64,000 nt of DNA, taken from an uncultured Aliarcobacter sp. GTDB taxonomy: Bacteria; Campylobacterota; Campylobacteria; Campylobacterales; Arcobacteraceae. The first letter of the stretch is position 1, and the number at the start of each line of letters is the position of its first letter. This document shows, in pieces, positions 32,272 through 42,000 of the stretch. The stretch covers positions 1,568,001-1,632,000 of the forward strand of contig CAXXLV010000002.1 in the NCBI GenBank assembly GCA_963664305.2. The letters are read 5' to 3'. The position numbers and the translations under genes are program-made. The notes under the pieces are model-generated. The model was not told where the DNA came from. It made no database searches and was given only the letters and a program-made list of their open reading frames with translations.

Positions 32272-32488
32272 AAATTAAGAGGTTTTATCTACACTTATCT
32301 CTCCTTAGTTAAAAAATCGTAGCAATTGTGACTATTTTTTAGGATGAAACTTCTTTATTTTAAATTTGGATTTAACCAATCAAAAAAGTCGTTCTGTTTA
32401 AGTAACTTAAGTTTTATTTTGCATTTAATTTATACTTTTTTAATAAAACTTAAAAAAAAAGGGAAGTCTAACCAGCTTCCCTTTTTTT
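32272..32488 (+). ncRNA. Candidate intergenic sRNA (~215 nt)
   Basis: TTTAAGT 32244-32250 and TATAAT 32261-32266 promoter, CTCTCCTT anti-SD tract, 12-bp stem 32407-32453, terminator. Confidence 0.35.
32454..32488. terminator. Bidirectional intrinsic terminator
   Basis: AAAAAAAGGGAAG-tctaaccag-CTTCCCTTTTTTT. Confidence 0.85.
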
Positions 32489-32508
32489 ATTTTTCGTTTA
32501 AAATTTAT

Positions 32509-33753
32509 TTACATATATTTCTTTAAAACATCTGGAATTCTAACGCTTCCATCTTCATTTTGATAATTTTCCATAATAGCAACAAGTGTTCTTCCAACTG
32601 CTAAACTTGAACCATTTAAAGTATGAGCTAAGATATTTTTCTTATCTTCTTTATATCTAATTTTTGCCCTTCTTGCTTGGAAATCTCTTGTATTTGAAAT
32701 TGATGAAATTTCTCTATATTTATTTTGTCCAGGTAACCAAACTTCTAAGTCTATAGTAACAGCTGCACTAAATCCTAAATCTCCCGTACATAATTGTACT
32801 TTTTGATGAGCAAGTCCTAAAGAAGTTAATAAATCACTTGCGCAATTTACCATTTTTTGGAAAATTTCATCTGATTGTTCTTGTGAAGTAATAGCAACCA
32901 TTTCTACTTTATCAAATTGATGTTGTCTGATTAATCCTCTTGTATCTCTACCTGCACTTCCAGCCTCTTTTCTAAAACAAGGAGTATAAGATGTAAGTAA
33001 TAAAGGTAATTCAGTAACATCAATAATTTCATCATTATAAAGGTTTGTTAAACTAACCTCAGCTGTTGGGATTAAATATAAATCTTCACCTTCAATTTTA
33101 AATAAATCATCAGCAAATTTTGGAAGTTGCCCAGTTCCTTGAAGAGTATTTGAATTTGCCATAAATGGAACATACCACTCATGAAATCCTCTCTCTCTAT
33201 TAAAATCAAGCATATAGTTGATTAAAGCTCGCTCTAATCTTGCACCCTCACCTCTAATTGCAGAAAATCTTGATTTAGCAAGTTTTACACCTCTTTCAAA
33301 ATCTAACCAACCATTGTTTAAATCCCAATGTTCTTTTGGTTCAAAATTAAAAGTTGGTTTTTCACCAATTACTTCTAAAATCACATTTTCATTCTCATCT
33401 GCACCAACTGGAACATTCTCATCTGGAATATTTGGAACACCAAGAATAATAGAAGTTAATTGCTCTTCTAAATCTTTTACTTTTTCTTCAAGTTCTTGTT
33501 TTTTGATTTTTAAATTGTTAATATCTTCTTGAATTATTACAATATCATCAAGCTTACCTGCTTTTCTAAGCATTCCATATTCTTGAGACCTTTTATTTTG
33601 TAAAGCTGTAACATCTTCCATCTCTTGTCTTTTTTGTTTTGCAGCAGATGCTAAGTTTTTAAGGTTATTTAAAAGTTCGTTATCAACTCCCTTTCTCTCT
33701 AGGGCAGTTGCAACATATTCAAAATCTTTTTGTAGTAGTTTAATATCTATCAT
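32509..33753 (-). CDS. serS: Seryl-tRNA synthetase
   Basis: [40 protein letters not shown]. Confidence 0.98.
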   Translation of the reverse strand: MIDIKLLQKDFEYVATALERKGVDNELLNNLKNLASAAKQKRQEMEDVTALQNKRSQEYGMLRKAGKLDDIVIIQEDINNLKIKKQELEEKVKDLEEQLTSIILGVPNIPDENVPVGADENENVILEVIGEKPTFNFEPKEHWDLNNGWLDFERGVKLAKSRFSAIRGEGARLERALINYMLDFNRERGFHEWYVPFMANSNTLQGTGQLPKFADDLFKIEGEDLYLIPTAEVSLTNLYNDEIIDVTELPLLLTSYTPCFRKEAGSAGRDTRGLIRQHQFDKVEMVAITSQEQSDEIFQKMVNCASDLLTSLGLAHQKVQLCTGDLGFSAAVTIDLEVWLPGQNKYREISSISNTRDFQARRAKIRYKEDKKNILAHTLNGSSLAVGRTLVAIMENYQNEDGSVRIPDVLKKYM

Positions 33754-33828
33754 CTTTGCTCTTTGTGTTATTTTTTGCGTGAATTATAGCTAAAAAAAAC
33801 TACAAAGAGATTAGATGATAGCCTAAAT

Positions 33829-34035
33829 TTATCCGTTCATTTCCATTTTAATAATAACATTTCCATCAACGTATTCTGTTTTAAATTTGTGTTTGTGACA
33901 GAAATCTTCATTCATAATTATACACATTTCATTTGCTTTTTCTAATGCTTCTTCAATTGTATCAAAATGTGTTTCTTGTTCGAAATCAGAATTTCTAAAA
34001 CAACCACATGCTTTTTCAACTATAACTGATGCCAT
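33829..34035 (-). CDS. Small hypothetical Cys/His protein
   Basis: AAAGGA RBS; CGC and FCHKH motifs. Confidence 0.75.
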   Translation of the reverse strand: MASVIVEKACGCFRNSDFEQETHFDTIEEALEKANEMCIIMNEDFCHKHKFKTEYVDGNVIIKMEMNG

Positions 34036-34104
34036 AATTCAATCCTTTATAAAATTTTTTGCAATTTTATCATAAAGAGATTAGAACTATCTTTTAAAAT
34101 TTTT

Positions 34105-35178
34105 CTACCATTCAAACTGAAAAGTTGTATGAACTATTCTAAACTTCTCTTTTAAATCATGATTTATTTGATGTAAAATCTCTTCATAATGCTCTAAATC
34201 TTTTTTATCTATTTTTACATGTGCTGTCATATTATACATATCTTGTGTAATCTCCCAAATATGAATATCATGAAGTTCAAGCACTTTTTCTTTTTTTTCT
34301 ATGAACTCTTTAACTATTGTTATATCTAAAGGTGAACTTTCAAGTAAAGTATTTGTTGAATTTTTCAAAATATCAACTGCCCATTTTCCAATAACAATTG
34401 CAACAATAACAGCTAAAATAACATCTATAAAATACCAAGATGTAAAATGAATTACTATATATCCTATAATAATTGCAACAATAACAGCTAAAATAACATC
34501 TATAAAATACCAAGATGTAAAATGAATTACTATATATCCTATAATAATTGCAACTGAAGATAAAGCATCACTTAACATATGAACAAAAGCTGATTTTAAA
34601 TTGATATTGTTTTTATCACCTTGCATCAAAATAACACCAGTTATAATATTTACAACAAGTCCAATAATTGCCACTATCATTGCAGTTTTTATATCTATTG
34701 TTTGAGGATTTAAAAATCTCATCATGGCTTCATATAAAATCCAAATAATTGATAAAACTATTGTTATTCCATTTATAAAAGCTGCCAGTACTTCTGTTCT
34801 ATAATAACCAAATGTTTTAGCTATTGGTGCTTTTTTACTTGCTATTATTATTGCAATTAATGAAATAATCAATGCAAATGAGTGAGTAAACATATGAATT
34901 GCATCTGAAATTAGAGCTAAAGAGTTTGACATAAATCCATAAAAAAACTCTAAAAACATCGTAACTAGAGTAATACTCAAAGCCCATTTTAAAACTTTTT
35001 TATCTGTTCCTCTATGGTCATGAGAGTGCCCATGTTCATGATGTTCATCATGGTGATGACCAGAACAATGGTGTCCATCATGATGATGTTCATGTTCTTC
35101 ATGGTCATGATGGTGATGATGATGTTTTTGTTCTAGATATGGTTTATGGTCATTCAGACCAAATCTACAATTTTCCAT
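34105..35178 (-). CDS. Cation diffusion facilitator with His-rich N-terminus and internal duplication
   Basis: SLALISDAIHMFTH, TFGYYRTE, HMLSD, HDIHIWE; 22 His in residues 19-55. Confidence 0.93.
   Translation of the reverse strand: MENCRFGLNDHKPYLEQKHHHHHHDHEEHEHHHDGHHCSGHHHDEHHEHGHSHDHRGTDKKVLKWALSITLVTMFLEFFYGFMSNSLALISDAIHMFTHSFALIISLIAIIIASKKAPIAKTFGYYRTEVLAAFINGITIVLSIIWILYEAMMRFLNPQTIDIKTAMIVAIIGLVVNIITGVILMQGDKNNINLKSAFVHMLSDALSSVAIIIGYIVIHFTSWYFIDVILAVIVAIIIGYIVIHFTSWYFIDVILAVIVAIVIGKWAVDILKNSTNTLLESSPLDITIVKEFIEKKEKVLELHDIHIWEITQDMYNMTAHVKIDKKDLEHYEEILHQINHDLKEKFRIVHTTFQFEW
34396..34554. repeat. Perfect 75-bp tandem duplication bounded by AATTGCAAC
   Basis: 34396-34470 is identical to 34471-34545; third AATTGCAAC at 34546-34554. 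Confidence 0.95.
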
Positions 35179-35313
35179 TTTATTCCCAATAATTCAAAAT
35201 TTTTTCTTATCTTACAATGAATATACTATATTTATTCCCCAAAATAAACAACTACTAAAAATTAATTTTAGTAACTTTCGATATAATCTGACCAAAAAAA
35301 GAAGGATTTTGAT

Positions 35314-36279
35314 TTGAGAATTTTATCAGGTATTCAACCATCAGGAACAATACATATAGGAAACTATTTTGGTATGATAAAAAAGATGATAGAGTCACAA
35401 GATGAAGGTGAACTTTTCGCTTTTTTAGCATCATATCATGCTTTAACATCGGTAAAAGATAAAGAGGCTTTAGAAAAAAATACTTATGAAGCTGCAATTA
35501 ACTTTTTAGCACTTGGAATGGACCCAGAGAAATCTACATTTTGGGTTCAACACGATGTAAAAGAGGTTCTTGAACTATATTGGATACTATCAAATCATAC
35601 TTCTATGGGATTATTAGAAAGAGCTCACTCTTATAAAGATAAAACAGCACGTGGAATTCAAGCAAATCACGGTCTGTTTTCATATCCAGTTTTAATGGCA
35701 GCTGATATTTTACTATTTGATTCAAATATTGTACCAGTTGGGAAAGACCAAATTCAACACGTTGAAATGACAAGAGATATTGCAACTTCATTTAATTTTG
35801 CTTATGGAAAAGAAGTTTTTATACTTCCTGAATCAAGAGTAGATGAAGTAGTTGCAACAGTTCCTGGAACAGATGGAGCAAAAATGTCTAAATCATACAA
35901 CAATACAATTGATATGTTTACAACACCAAAACAAAGAAAAAAACAAGTTATGGGAATAGTAACTGATTCAAAAGAGCTTGATGAACCAAAAGAGTGGGAA
36001 AATTGTAATATTTATGCTTTATCTAAACTATTTATGAATGAAGATGAGTTAAAAGATTTACAAAAAAGATATGCAACACCTGGTGAAGGTTATGGGCATT
36101 TTAAAATGACACTACTTGATAAAATAAATGAATATTTTGCACCTTATGAAGAAAAAAGAGCATACTATTCAAATAATATAAAAGAAGTAAGAGAAATATT
36201 AGATTTTGGAGCAAGTAAAGCTAAAAAAATTGCATCTGCTAAAATGGAAATTATTAGAGATGCAGTTGGTTTAATCTAA
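35314..36279 (+). CDS. trpS: Tryptophanyl-tRNA synthetase
   Basis: SGIQPSG, HIGN, YPVLMAADI, KMSKS. Confidence 0.97.
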   Translation: MRILSGIQPSGTIHIGNYFGMIKKMIESQDEGELFAFLASYHALTSVKDKEALEKNTYEAAINFLALGMDPEKSTFWVQHDVKEVLELYWILSNHTSMGLLERAHSYKDKTARGIQANHGLFSYPVLMAADILLFDSNIVPVGKDQIQHVEMTRDIATSFNFAYGKEVFILPESRVDEVVATVPGTDGAKMSKSYNNTIDMFTTPKQRKKQVMGIVTDSKELDEPKEWENCNIYALSKLFMNEDELKDLQKRYATPGEGYGHFKMTLLDKINEYFAPYEEKRAYYSNNIKEVREILDFGASKAKKIASAKMEIIRDAVGLI

Positions 36280-36289
36280 AAGTTTTCAA

Positions 36290-37639
36290 ATGTTACCTAC
36301 AATTGAAGACATCGCTGTTAAAACTATAATTTCAATAGAAATTGATAAACCTTTGAAAGAAGCCATAAAAAAAATGGTTTCTTCAAATCATAGAAATATT
36401 GTAGTTATTGAAACTCTTCTAGATAATCATAAAAAATTTTATCTTCTAACTATTACTGATTTAATTGAATATAAGTTAGGAAATATAAATGAAGATGTTT
36501 TATTAAAAGATTTAACTCTCTCACCAGCAAAAATTTTACAAAGAGATTTAAATATATTAAATGTTTTAAATGAAGTAGATGCAACTGACAAATATATGGT
36601 TATAGTAGAAAAAGATGAATTGATTGGTATTTTATCTTACTCAGATATTATAAATAACATTGACCCAAAAATTCTGATGAAAAAGCAAACTATTGCAACT
36701 TTGATTTTACAATACAAAGCTACAACTACTTATGAAAATACTTCAACTATTCAAGCCATAAGACTTATGAAAGATAACAACAGTGATTCAATTATCATAA
36801 TTGATGATGAACATAAAGCTCTTGGTATTTTTACAACAAAAGATTTTATAAATCTAATTCATTTAAATGCTGATTTACACAAACCAATAAGTTGTTATAT
36901 GACAAAACCTGTTTGTACTTTAAGTGAAGATTCTACAATTTCTGAAGCAATTGACTTTATTAGAGATAAACACTTTAAAAGAATAGTTGTAACAAATGAA
37001 AATAATGAAATTACAGGAATTTTAACACAAAAAGAACTCTTGCGAATAATCTATAATAAATGGATAGATTTCATTAAAGAAGAAGGGAATAGAATCTCTA
37101 AAATAAATGAAGAGTTACTTTCAAAAGCTAATAAACTTGAAGAAAAAGCCTCTTTTGATTTTTTAACAAAACTTTATAATAGAAGAAAATTTAACTCTTT
37201 TTTAGAGTATGAAATTTCAAAAGCAAACAGATATAAAGAACAACATCTATCTTTATTACTTGTAGATATTGATTATTTTAAAAATGTAAATGATACCTTT
37301 GGTCATTTAGTGGGTGATAATATTTTACAAGAAGTTAGTAAGATTTTAACTATCTGTTCAAGAGATACTGATATTGTTGCTCGTTGGGGAGGAGAAGAGT
37401 TTATTTTAATGCTTCCACAAACAAATATTGAACAAGCTATTTTAGTAGCTGAAAAATTAAGAGCAACAGTAGAAAAACACAAATTTGACGAAATAAAACA
37501 TATTACTTGTTCAATTGGTGTTGCACAATTTCATAGAAACGAAGATAAAGACACCTTATTTAAAAGAGTTGATTCTGCTTTATATAAAGCAAAAAAAACT
37601 GGAAGAAATAAAGTTGAGATTGAACAAAATGATTTTTAA
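36290..37639 (+). CDS. CBS-domain diguanylate cyclase
   Basis: CBS pairs; RDTD I-site; RWGGEEF. Confidence 0.9.
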   Translation: MLPTIEDIAVKTIISIEIDKPLKEAIKKMVSSNHRNIVVIETLLDNHKKFYLLTITDLIEYKLGNINEDVLLKDLTLSPAKILQRDLNILNVLNEVDATDKYMVIVEKDELIGILSYSDIINNIDPKILMKKQTIATLILQYKATTTYENTSTIQAIRLMKDNNSDSIIIIDDEHKALGIFTTKDFINLIHLNADLHKPISCYMTKPVCTLSEDSTISEAIDFIRDKHFKRIVVTNENNEITGILTQKELLRIIYNKWIDFIKEEGNRISKINEELLSKANKLEEKASFDFLTKLYNRRKFNSFLEYEISKANRYKEQHLSLLLVDIDYFKNVNDTFGHLVGDNILQEVSKILTICSRDTDIVARWGGEEFILMLPQTNIEQAILVAEKLRATVEKHKFDEIKHITCSIGVAQFHRNEDKDTLFKRVDSALYKAKKTGRNKVEIEQNDF

Positions 37640-37647
37640 CTAAAAAG

Positions 37648-38250
37648 TTATAAAAGTTTCACTTTTATAACTTTTTCAACATTCAAAGAAATATCTTCAA
37701 CTCTTTTTTGCCAAAGTTTACCAAACTCAATCTTTTCATCTTTTAAAGCAGTTCCTTGAATACATTTTTGCATCAAAAAATTCATATTTTCATGTGGTTT
37801 TATTTCATTTGGATTATAAAAAACATCTACACTTTTTAAAGTATCTTTTCTTGTAAATCTTACACTTGCACCATTTATATTTTGTTCAAATTTCATTAAA
37901 TGGTTTCTATCAAATTTTCCATTTAATCCTTTAAAACCATTTGTTGTAGTAGCTCCCGTGATATTCATTATTACATTTCCAATAACTCCAGCAACTCCTT
38001 CATTTTGATTTTCTTTAAATTCAACAATAATTTCTCCACGTTTTGCTATTTCATTTTCAAATAAAGCTTTTAAACCTTCAAAAGTCATAAGATAAGCACT
38101 TAAAACTGTAGGACAAGAGTGACCTGCACTTTTTACTATATCTAAATATGAAAATTCTATTATTCCATCTTCAAATGCACCTAAAAAACCAGCTAGTTCA
38201 TCTTTTAAAATTATGTTTGGGATTTTGTCAAAAAATTGTGGGTAAGTCAT
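37648..38250 (-). CDS. FmdE-like hypothetical protein
   Basis: GHSCPTV motif resembles FmdE HGHxCP. Confidence 0.6.
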   Translation of the reverse strand: MTYPQFFDKIPNIILKDELAGFLGAFEDGIIEFSYLDIVKSAGHSCPTVLSAYLMTFEGLKALFENEIAKRGEIIVEFKENQNEGVAGVIGNVIMNITGATTTNGFKGLNGKFDRNHLMKFEQNINGASVRFTRKDTLKSVDVFYNPNEIKPHENMNFLMQKCIQGTALKDEKIEFGKLWQKRVEDISLNVEKVIKVKLL

Positions 38251-38271
38251 TTTAAACCTTTGTGCTAATTA

Positions 38272-38300
38272 CTAACACAAAAGTAAAATTTTTGTGTTAG
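38272..38300 (-). terminator. Hairpin after methyltransferase gene
   Basis: CTAACACAAAA...TTTTGTGTTAG. Confidence 0.5.
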
Positions 38301-38301
38301 A

Positions 38302-38997
38302 TTATTTCTTTTTACAAATAAAAATTAATTTATCTGCAATTTCTTCCGTGTGAAGATTAAACTCTTTTATTTCAATTAGTTCAAATCCAGTTTCATCTAA
38401 AACTTTTGTTAAAAACTCTTTTGAGTGATACTCTTGAATAATTGAATCTTGTTCTTTTGAAAAAAGTCCATTTTCTTGCTTTTCAAATAAAGTTATATCT
38501 GTTTGAAGTTTTTCATCTTCAAAGTTTGCATCAATTGCAATAAATTTATCTTCAACATCAATTGTGATACAACCTTGTGCTATCTCATCGAAACCGAAAT
38601 ATGAGTTTACATCAAAAATAAAAGATGCACCTTGATTTAAAACAAGATTAGTCTCTTTTAAAAATGTTTTTAATTCTTTTTTAGGAATATAATTTAGAAC
38701 ATCAAATATTGCAGTTGCACAATCAAATTTTTCTTTTACATCTTTTAAAGCAATTGCTTGTGTATTTAAACCTTTTGCTTGGCAAACTTTTATTTGTTCA
38801 ACACTTAAATCAATTCCAAAATATTTCTTTTTATTTACTTTTAAATTCTCTAAAAAATATCCTTGACCACAACCAATATCAATAATATTGTCTAAATCAT
38901 TAGTCATAACAAATCGTAAAAACTCTTTGTGTAAAGTATAAACCTCTTCTTCAAAATCTAAAAAAGGTTCTATCTTAGCGTATAAATCTAATCCCAT
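38302..38997 (-). CDS. Class I SAM-dependent methyltransferase
   Basis: IIDIGCGQG, GIDLS, FDVLNY. Confidence 0.88.
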   Translation of the reverse strand: MGLDLYAKIEPFLDFEEEVYTLHKEFLRFVMTNDLDNIIDIGCGQGYFLENLKVNKKKYFGIDLSVEQIKVCQAKGLNTQAIALKDVKEKFDCATAIFDVLNYIPKKELKTFLKETNLVLNQGASFIFDVNSYFGFDEIAQGCITIDVEDKFIAIDANFEDEKLQTDITLFEKQENGLFSKEQDSIIQEYHSKEFLTKVLDETGFELIEIKEFNLHTEEIADKLIFICKKK

Positions 38998-39608
38998 TAT
39001 AAGTGTACTTCTATTTTTTCTTTTAAATCTAAGATTAAATCTTTTTTAGCATAAAATGAGTTTTTATTTGCAATTAAGTGTGCGCTACTTTCCATAATAG
39101 TTGGTCCTACTTCTAGACCATTTTGTTTCATTGTTTCACCAGTTTCAACAATATCAACAATACAATCACAAAGTCCAACTAAAGGTGCAAGTTCAATAGA
39201 ACCATAAAGTTTAATAATCTCAACTGCCATTGCTTTTTGTTCAAAGAATTTTTTTGCAATTTTTTCATGTTTTGTAGCAATTGTGATTTTACTTTTGTCA
39301 AAATTTAGTTTTTCACCTTTTCTTAAACCAAAAGCAACTTTACATTTTCCTAACTCTAAATCCAAAAGTTTGATTAGGTCGTACTCTTTTTCTTCTAATA
39401 CATCAAGTCCAACAACCCCTAAATCTGCTGCTCCATGCATTACATAAGTTGGTACATCTTGATTTCTTACATTTAAAAAAGTAAATCCACTTTTTTTTAG
39501 TATTAATTTTCTATCTTCAAAAACAAACTTTTCACCAAAAGCTTTTTCAAATTTATCAAGAGTCTCCTCAGCAATTCTTCCCTTAGGCAATGCAATTGTT
39601 AGCATCAA
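38997..39608 (-). CDS. hisG: ATP phosphoribosyltransferase (short form)
   Basis: IALPKGR, DVPTYV, GSIELAP, IVDIVETG. Confidence 0.96.
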   Translation of the reverse strand: MMLTIALPKGRIAEETLDKFEKAFGEKFVFEDRKLILKKSGFTFLNVRNQDVPTYVMHGAADLGVVGLDVLEEKEYDLIKLLDLELGKCKVAFGLRKGEKLNFDKSKITIATKHEKIAKKFFEQKAMAVEIIKLYGSIELAPLVGLCDCIVDIVETGETMKQNGLEVGPTIMESSAHLIANKNSFYAKKDLILDLKEKIEVHL

Positions 39609-40209
39609 TTATCCTTTTCATATTCTCAAATATTAAATCTTTTTTATATGTACTATTTTCAAAATATTTACTTAAAAGCTCTCCATCACCACCAGTAAAT
39701 ATTATATTTTTATTTAAACTTACTTCTTTGATAGGTAAAATGATAGATTTTAGCATAGCATATTGTATAGCATCATGTGTACGAAGCGGTATTTTATCTA
39801 AATTTATATTTTTTTCAAAATCAAACTTTAATTTTTTTGAAATTTTTGGATAACTTTTCATAAATCTTCTTAAACCTAAAAGAATAAATCCACCTTGATG
39901 TTGTCCATTTTCCATAACATCAACTGTTATTGCACTTCCTGCATCAACAATCACACAGTTATCTTGAAAGCTACAAGCTACTGCTCTATCTATTCCTAAA
40001 CCTTGATAAGCTGTAGAAAATTTCAAAAATTTATTTATGTTTTTTGCATGTGGATTTTTTTTAAGTAATCTCTTTGTAGCTTTTTCATTTACAGATACAA
40101 AATAAATTTCATCATCAAACTTTGGAACTTTTTCATCTAAAAAATATTTTTTGTGTTTATCACGTATTAAAAAATGATAAGTTGTATTTCCAATATCACA
40201 TAAAATCAA
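39583..40209 (-). CDS. coaX: Type III pantothenate kinase
   Basis: CDIGNT, LGIDR, VDAGSAITVD, TGGDG; start moved to TTG 40209. Confidence 0.92.
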   Translation of the reverse strand: MILCDIGNTTYHFLIRDKHKKYFLDEKVPKFDDEIYFVSVNEKATKRLLKKNPHAKNINKFLKFSTAYQGLGIDRAVACSFQDNCVIVDAGSAITVDVMENGQHQGGFILLGLRRFMKSYPKISKKLKFDFEKNINLDKIPLRTHDAIQYAMLKSIILPIKEVSLNKNIIFTGGDGELLSKYFENSTYKKDLIFENMKRIIDANNCIA

Positions 40210-40528
40210 CTCTAACACTCCAATCATTTTGTTTTAAATACTCTTTTGCTTTTGAGCAAAGAGGACTTGAAATTAACAACTCTTTTTTCTTAAAATTGTG
40301 TCCTAAAAAAGTTGCTAATTTCTCACATAATTCCATCAAATCATCTGCATTTTTTCTAATAAATCTACTTTTTGAATCAACTATAAATATAGCATAAAAT
40401 TTTGAATCAATTGAAGTTGCACTATAAATATCTATTTTTTTTCTACTATCTAATTCTTTTGGTAAAATCTGTTTAATCTCTTTAAAAAGTATATTTTTAT
40501 TTGTATAATACGTTGTTAGTTCTTTCAA
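40196..40528 (-). CDS. Conserved hypothetical protein
   Basis: Start moved to TTG 40528 (AAAGGA RBS); overlaps coaX start. Confidence 0.65.
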   Translation of the reverse strand: MKELTTYYTNKNILFKEIKQILPKELDSRKKIDIYSATSIDSKFYAIFIVDSKSRFIRKNADDLMELCEKLATFLGHNFKKKELLISSPLCSKAKEYLKQNDWSVRVDFM

Positions 40529-40639
40529 TATCTTTCCTTTATGGTATAGATTATATCCAATAAACTCTTTTAAATTATCACAATTTTGACATATCAATTA
40601 GGTATAATAATAACAAAATCACTAATTAAAAAAGGGAAT

Positions 40640-41413
40640 ATGGATACTTTAAGTTATCAAGACCAAACAATTATCACAAGAGGGATTATAAAAGCTGCTG
40701 TTTTAATGTCAGAATTTGGAGCAGAATCTATTTTGATTGAACAAACAGCTCAAAGATTAGGGAAAGCTTTAGGAGTTGATTCAGTTGAAATTTCTCTTAT
40801 TCCATCAGCAATTGTTTTAACAACTTTATACAATAATCAATCAGTTACAACAACAAGAAGAGTTCATCATAAACCAATAAATATGTCTATTGTTTGTGAA
40901 ATCCAAAAAATTGTTATTGATATAGAAAAATATGAACATGATGTTGAATATTTAGATGAAATTTTAAAAAATTTAAAACCAAATTATTACAATAGATGGG
41001 CTGTAGTTTTTATGGTTGGAATTGCTTGTGCATCATTTGCCTATTTACAAGGAAGTGATTCAAGTGCATTTTTTATAACTTTTTTAGCAGCTGCAACGGC
41101 AATGTTTGTAAGACAAGAATTAGCAAAAAGAAAATTTGTTTTAATTATCACTTTTGGAGTTACAGCATTTGTAGCAACGATGATTGCAAGTATTTCTCAA
41201 ATAGCAGGAGTTAGTGCAACTCCAAATATAGCACTAGCATCAAGTGTATTATTACTTGCTCCTGGATTTGCCTTTGTAAACTCATTTTTAGACTCTTTAA
41301 AAGGTTATTTGATGATGGGTTGGGGACGTTGGATGGATGGAGTATTACTAACTATTGCAACTTCAATTGGAATTATTATAGCTATGGCTATTTTAAATAT
41401 GAAAGGTTGGTAA
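40640..41413 (+). CDS. ThrE-family exporter, large subunit (YjjP-like)
   Basis: GAES, SVLLLAPG, multi-TM; start moved to ATG 40640. Confidence 0.88.
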   Translation: MDTLSYQDQTIITRGIIKAAVLMSEFGAESILIEQTAQRLGKALGVDSVEISLIPSAIVLTTLYNNQSVTTTRRVHHKPINMSIVCEIQKIVIDIEKYEHDVEYLDEILKNLKPNYYNRWAVVFMVGIACASFAYLQGSDSSAFFITFLAAATAMFVRQELAKRKFVLIITFGVTAFVATMIASISQIAGVSATPNIALASSVLLLAPGFAFVNSFLDSLKGYLMMGWGRWMDGVLLTIATSIGIIIAMAILNMKGW

Positions 41414-41414
41414 G

Positions 41415-41885
41415 ATGACAGAAATAATAGTAAAAATGCTTATAGAATCTATCTTTGCGAGTATTGCATCTGTTGGTTTTGCCATGGTTTTTAATGTGCC
41501 TAGACATACTTTGGTTTATTGTGCATTTGGTGGAGCAATTACTTATATAGCTAGAACTATGTTTTTACACTTAGGATTAGGAATTGAAATATCAACTTTT
41601 TTAGCTTCAACTTTTATAGGAATTGTTGCTCTTAGATGGTCAAGAAAATATTTAATACCAAGACCAGTTTATACAGTTGCTTCAATTATTCCAATGATTC
41701 CTGGAACTTATGCATTTGCAGCCATGATTAGTTTAGTTGATATGAATAGTCATGGTGTTACAACTGAATTAATAGATATTTTTATTCACAATGGATTAAA
41801 AGCAGTTTCTATTTTGGGAGCTATTAGTTTTGGTTTAGCGTTACCTTCACTATATTTTATGAGATTAAATAGACCAATTATTTAA
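41415..41885 (+). CDS. ThrE_2 exporter small subunit (YjjB-like)
   Basis: GFAMVFNVP, IIPMIPG. Confidence 0.88.
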   Translation: MTEIIVKMLIESIFASIASVGFAMVFNVPRHTLVYCAFGGAITYIARTMFLHLGLGIEISTFLASTFIGIVALRWSRKYLIPRPVYTVASIIPMIPGTYAFAAMISLVDMNSHGVTTELIDIFIHNGLKAVSILGAISFGLALPSLYFMRLNRPII

Positions 41886-42000
41886 CAATTTAATTTTAAA
41901 CAATTCTCAAAAACAAGAGTTTACACACAATGAAACTTTGAAGCTAAAGCTTCTTTTCATTGGGTAAAATTGTTTATTTGAACTGTCTAAAATTATAAAT

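Noticed and set aside
32287..32297. ATCTACACTTA resembles the end of a Cas12a repeat
   Set aside because: Single partial copy, no repeat-spacer periodicity, no cas genes
32344..32526. 60-aa ORF in the nrfI-serS gap
   Set aside because: Runs through a strong terminator into the serS end; composition reflects AT-rich non-coding DNA
33804..34085. AAAGAGATTAGA repeated upstream of serS and the small Cys protein
   Set aside because: Only two copies at different distances from their -10 elements; not enough support for a regulatory call
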